A stretch of 64,000 nucleotides of DNA. Source: an uncultured delta proteobacterium (lineage in GTDB: Bacteria > Desulfobacterota > Binatia > UBA9968). Positions 62,481-64,000 of the stretch are shown here, piece after piece; the first letter of the stretch is position 1; each line of letters begins with the position of its first letter. The stretch lies in NCBI GenBank assembly GCA_963840855.1, contig CAWJBB010000046.1, positions 64,001 through 128,000 on the forward strand. The letters are read 5' to 3'. The translations under genes and the position numbers were made by a program. The notes under the pieces were generated by a model. That model saw nothing but the letters and a program-made list of their open reading frames with translations. It was not told the DNA's origin and did not search any database.

Positions 62481-62771
62481 ATGAGCGAGCAAGCTAACAA
62501 TAGAATGCTTGTGACGTTGACGGTTGACGAACTGCGCGAGGTTATCCGGGCGGAAGTAGCGGCATCGAAAACAGCCGTTAAGCTACTTTATACGACCGAT
62601 GAAGCCGCCGAGCTTTGCAACGTCAAGCCGTCATGGTTGGCATGGGCCGCTAGAAACGGAAAGGTAAACTGCCGGCGCCTGGGACATAACGTGAGATTCG
62701 CCATTGTAGACTTAGAAGAGCTAATCGAGCAATCAAGGGCCGCGGGTGAAGAGGCGGAAAGAAAGTGCTAG
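62481..62771 (+). CDS. Excisionase-family HTH protein
   Basis: LYTTDEAAELCNVKPSWL...RLGHNVRF. Confidence 0.85.
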   Translation: MSEQANNRMLVTLTVDELREVIRAEVAASKTAVKLLYTTDEAAELCNVKPSWLAWAARNGKVNCRRLGHNVRFAIVDLEELIEQSRAAGEEAERKC

Positions 62772-62894
62772 CACTCAAGGCCGCCAGAGCAGGTGGTCTT
62801 TCCTTGACAACCCCGTAGCAGTTGAGGTAAGCGAGGGCATTATTATAATGCCGACCGATTCTGGTTAGGCAATATCTGTGATCCAGTTTCTTTG

Positions 62895-62930
62895 AGCCCG
62901 ACCGGCTTCGTGCTAGTCGGGCTTTGTATT
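62895..62930 (+). terminator. Probable intrinsic terminator
   Basis: AGCCCGAC...GTCGGGCT stem followed by TTGTATT. Confidence 0.65.
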
Positions 62931-63092
62931 TAAGAGGGGATGCCCATGTTTGCCAGAGGCCCTCCGTTTATATAGAGAAAAGATTTTTTATCGTCGGCAT
63001 CTCTAAGAAGAGTCGGTGGGAGTACGATTCATTTACTTCTTTGCGCGAGCGGCTCAGTATGAGGCGCACCCACCATAACGCTTTAAAGGAGG

Positions 63093-63980
63093 ATGCTCAT
63101 GGAGACTATAGAAAGTTTGCGTGACCGCTTAGAGGTATTAGAAAATCAGACCCATGCCCTTGCAGACCAGACACGTGCTGCTGAACGACGACTGCATTGT
63201 TGGCGACGGATTGCATATGGCTTGCTGATAGTGGGGCTGGTGAGCTTGCCACTGGCGTCGGGCATCACGGCGCAAGACGAATCGTCCGAGTATAGGGGGA
63301 TGAGGAAACGCCTCGCCGCCCTTGAGTACAAGCTCCAGTATATCAGTGGCGGTCCCAATGAGGTTGTCATCACTGGAGCGAACCTGCGGATCGTGAATGG
63401 CCTCGGCGCCACGCAAACCACCAACGGCTTGGGCAACCTGATCGTGGGCTATAACGAGCCGCGTCGAGTAGGGTTTCCGACCGTGCGCACGGGCTCGCAC
63501 AATGTTGTGGTAGGAGAAGCGCACAACTTCTCCCGCTTCGGAGGGATGGTGGTCGGGTTTCAGAATGAGATTAGCGGCGACTTCTCGTCCGTGAGTGGGG
63601 GGCTGGAGAACACGGCCAGTGGTGACTGGTCGTCGGTTAGCGGGGGACCTCACAACAGCGCCATCGGAACCTATTCGTCTGTCAGCGGAGGGCACGATAA
63701 CACCGCTAGCGGCCCCGGCGCCTCCGTGACTGGGGGGAGGAACAATACCGCCAGTGGCATTGAGGCCGTGGTTAGTGGGGGCCCTTTCAATACGGCCAGT
63801 GGCCACTGGTCGTCGGTTAGCGGGGGGCAGCAGAACACGGCTAGAGGAGAACGGTCCTCCATCAGCGGCGGGGAAGGCAACGAGGCGAGCGGGTTCGTCT
63901 CCTCGGTCAGCGGCGGACTCCAAAGGACCGCTCCCGGGACAAACAACTGGGCGGCTGGCCCCCTCTTCGCCGCGCAGTAA
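63093..63980 (+). CDS. Membrane-anchored 14-aa repeat protein (adhesin-head-like beta solenoid)
   Basis: Coiled coil, TM helix, NGLGNLIVGYNE, then SVSGGxxNTASGxx repeats. Confidence 0.8.
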   Translation: MLMETIESLRDRLEVLENQTHALADQTRAAERRLHCWRRIAYGLLIVGLVSLPLASGITAQDESSEYRGMRKRLAALEYKLQYISGGPNEVVITGANLRIVNGLGATQTTNGLGNLIVGYNEPRRVGFPTVRTGSHNVVVGEAHNFSRFGGMVVGFQNEISGDFSSVSGGLENTASGDWSSVSGGPHNSAIGTYSSVSGGHDNTASGPGASVTGGRNNTASGIEAVVSGGPFNTASGHWSSVSGGQQNTARGERSSISGGEGNEASGFVSSVSGGLQRTAPGTNNWAAGPLFAAQ

Positions 63981-64000
63981 GGAGTTGGCGCACAAGTGAA

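Larger units (their letters stand above)
54830..62800. mobile_element. Element C: second satellite-like element downstream of tRNA-Arg; right boundary not seen
   Basis: Paralogs of the element B rep, DnaB, DUF3854, xis, TerS-like genes and leader RNA; no integrase in the window. Confidence 0.75.

Noticed and set aside
47979-62771. Complete prophage or ICE
   Set aside because: No capsid, portal, large terminase, tail, lysis, relaxase or T4SS genes.
63138-63995. 285-aa antisense ORF
   Set aside because: Shadow of the 14-aa repeat gene on the + strand.

Overview
The left ~13 kb is core chromosome: hisS-aspS, a lipoprotein, cofH, def, a lytic transglycosylase-like gene, a stand-alone dnaE2 and a methyltransferase. 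The gene repertoire (TauT-type and TTT solute-binding proteins, amidohydrolase, CofH) suggests Binatia/Deltaproteobacteria; this is an inference. The rest is an integration hotspot around three tRNA genes. (A) A ~15.35 kb island (14796-30147) sits at the 3' end of tRNA-Glu(TTC). Its large serine recombinase has the att core inside its own reading frame, so the C-terminus would switch from a tRNA-antisense tail to a tail ending in -AA on excision. An older ~1.3 kb element lies next to it at the same site. Island A carries signalling genes, a scrambled FBP aldolase/phosphatase gene and a non-coding, helix-dense 747-nt unit with 149-nt terminal redundancy, a candidate large ncRNA. (B) A ~19.35 kb tyrosine-integrase island (35372-54726) duplicates the 5' half of tRNA-Arg(CCT), which is unusual; its integrase has lost the catalytic Tyr. 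(C) A related satellite-like element starts right after the same tRNA. B and C share a Rep(with internal iterons)-DnaB-DUF3854-Xis-TerS-like module. Each also has a conserved RNA leader whose variable loop is complementary to two element-specific downstream repeats covering the next gene's initiation region. All calls come from manual reading and pairing; no database search or folding program was run.
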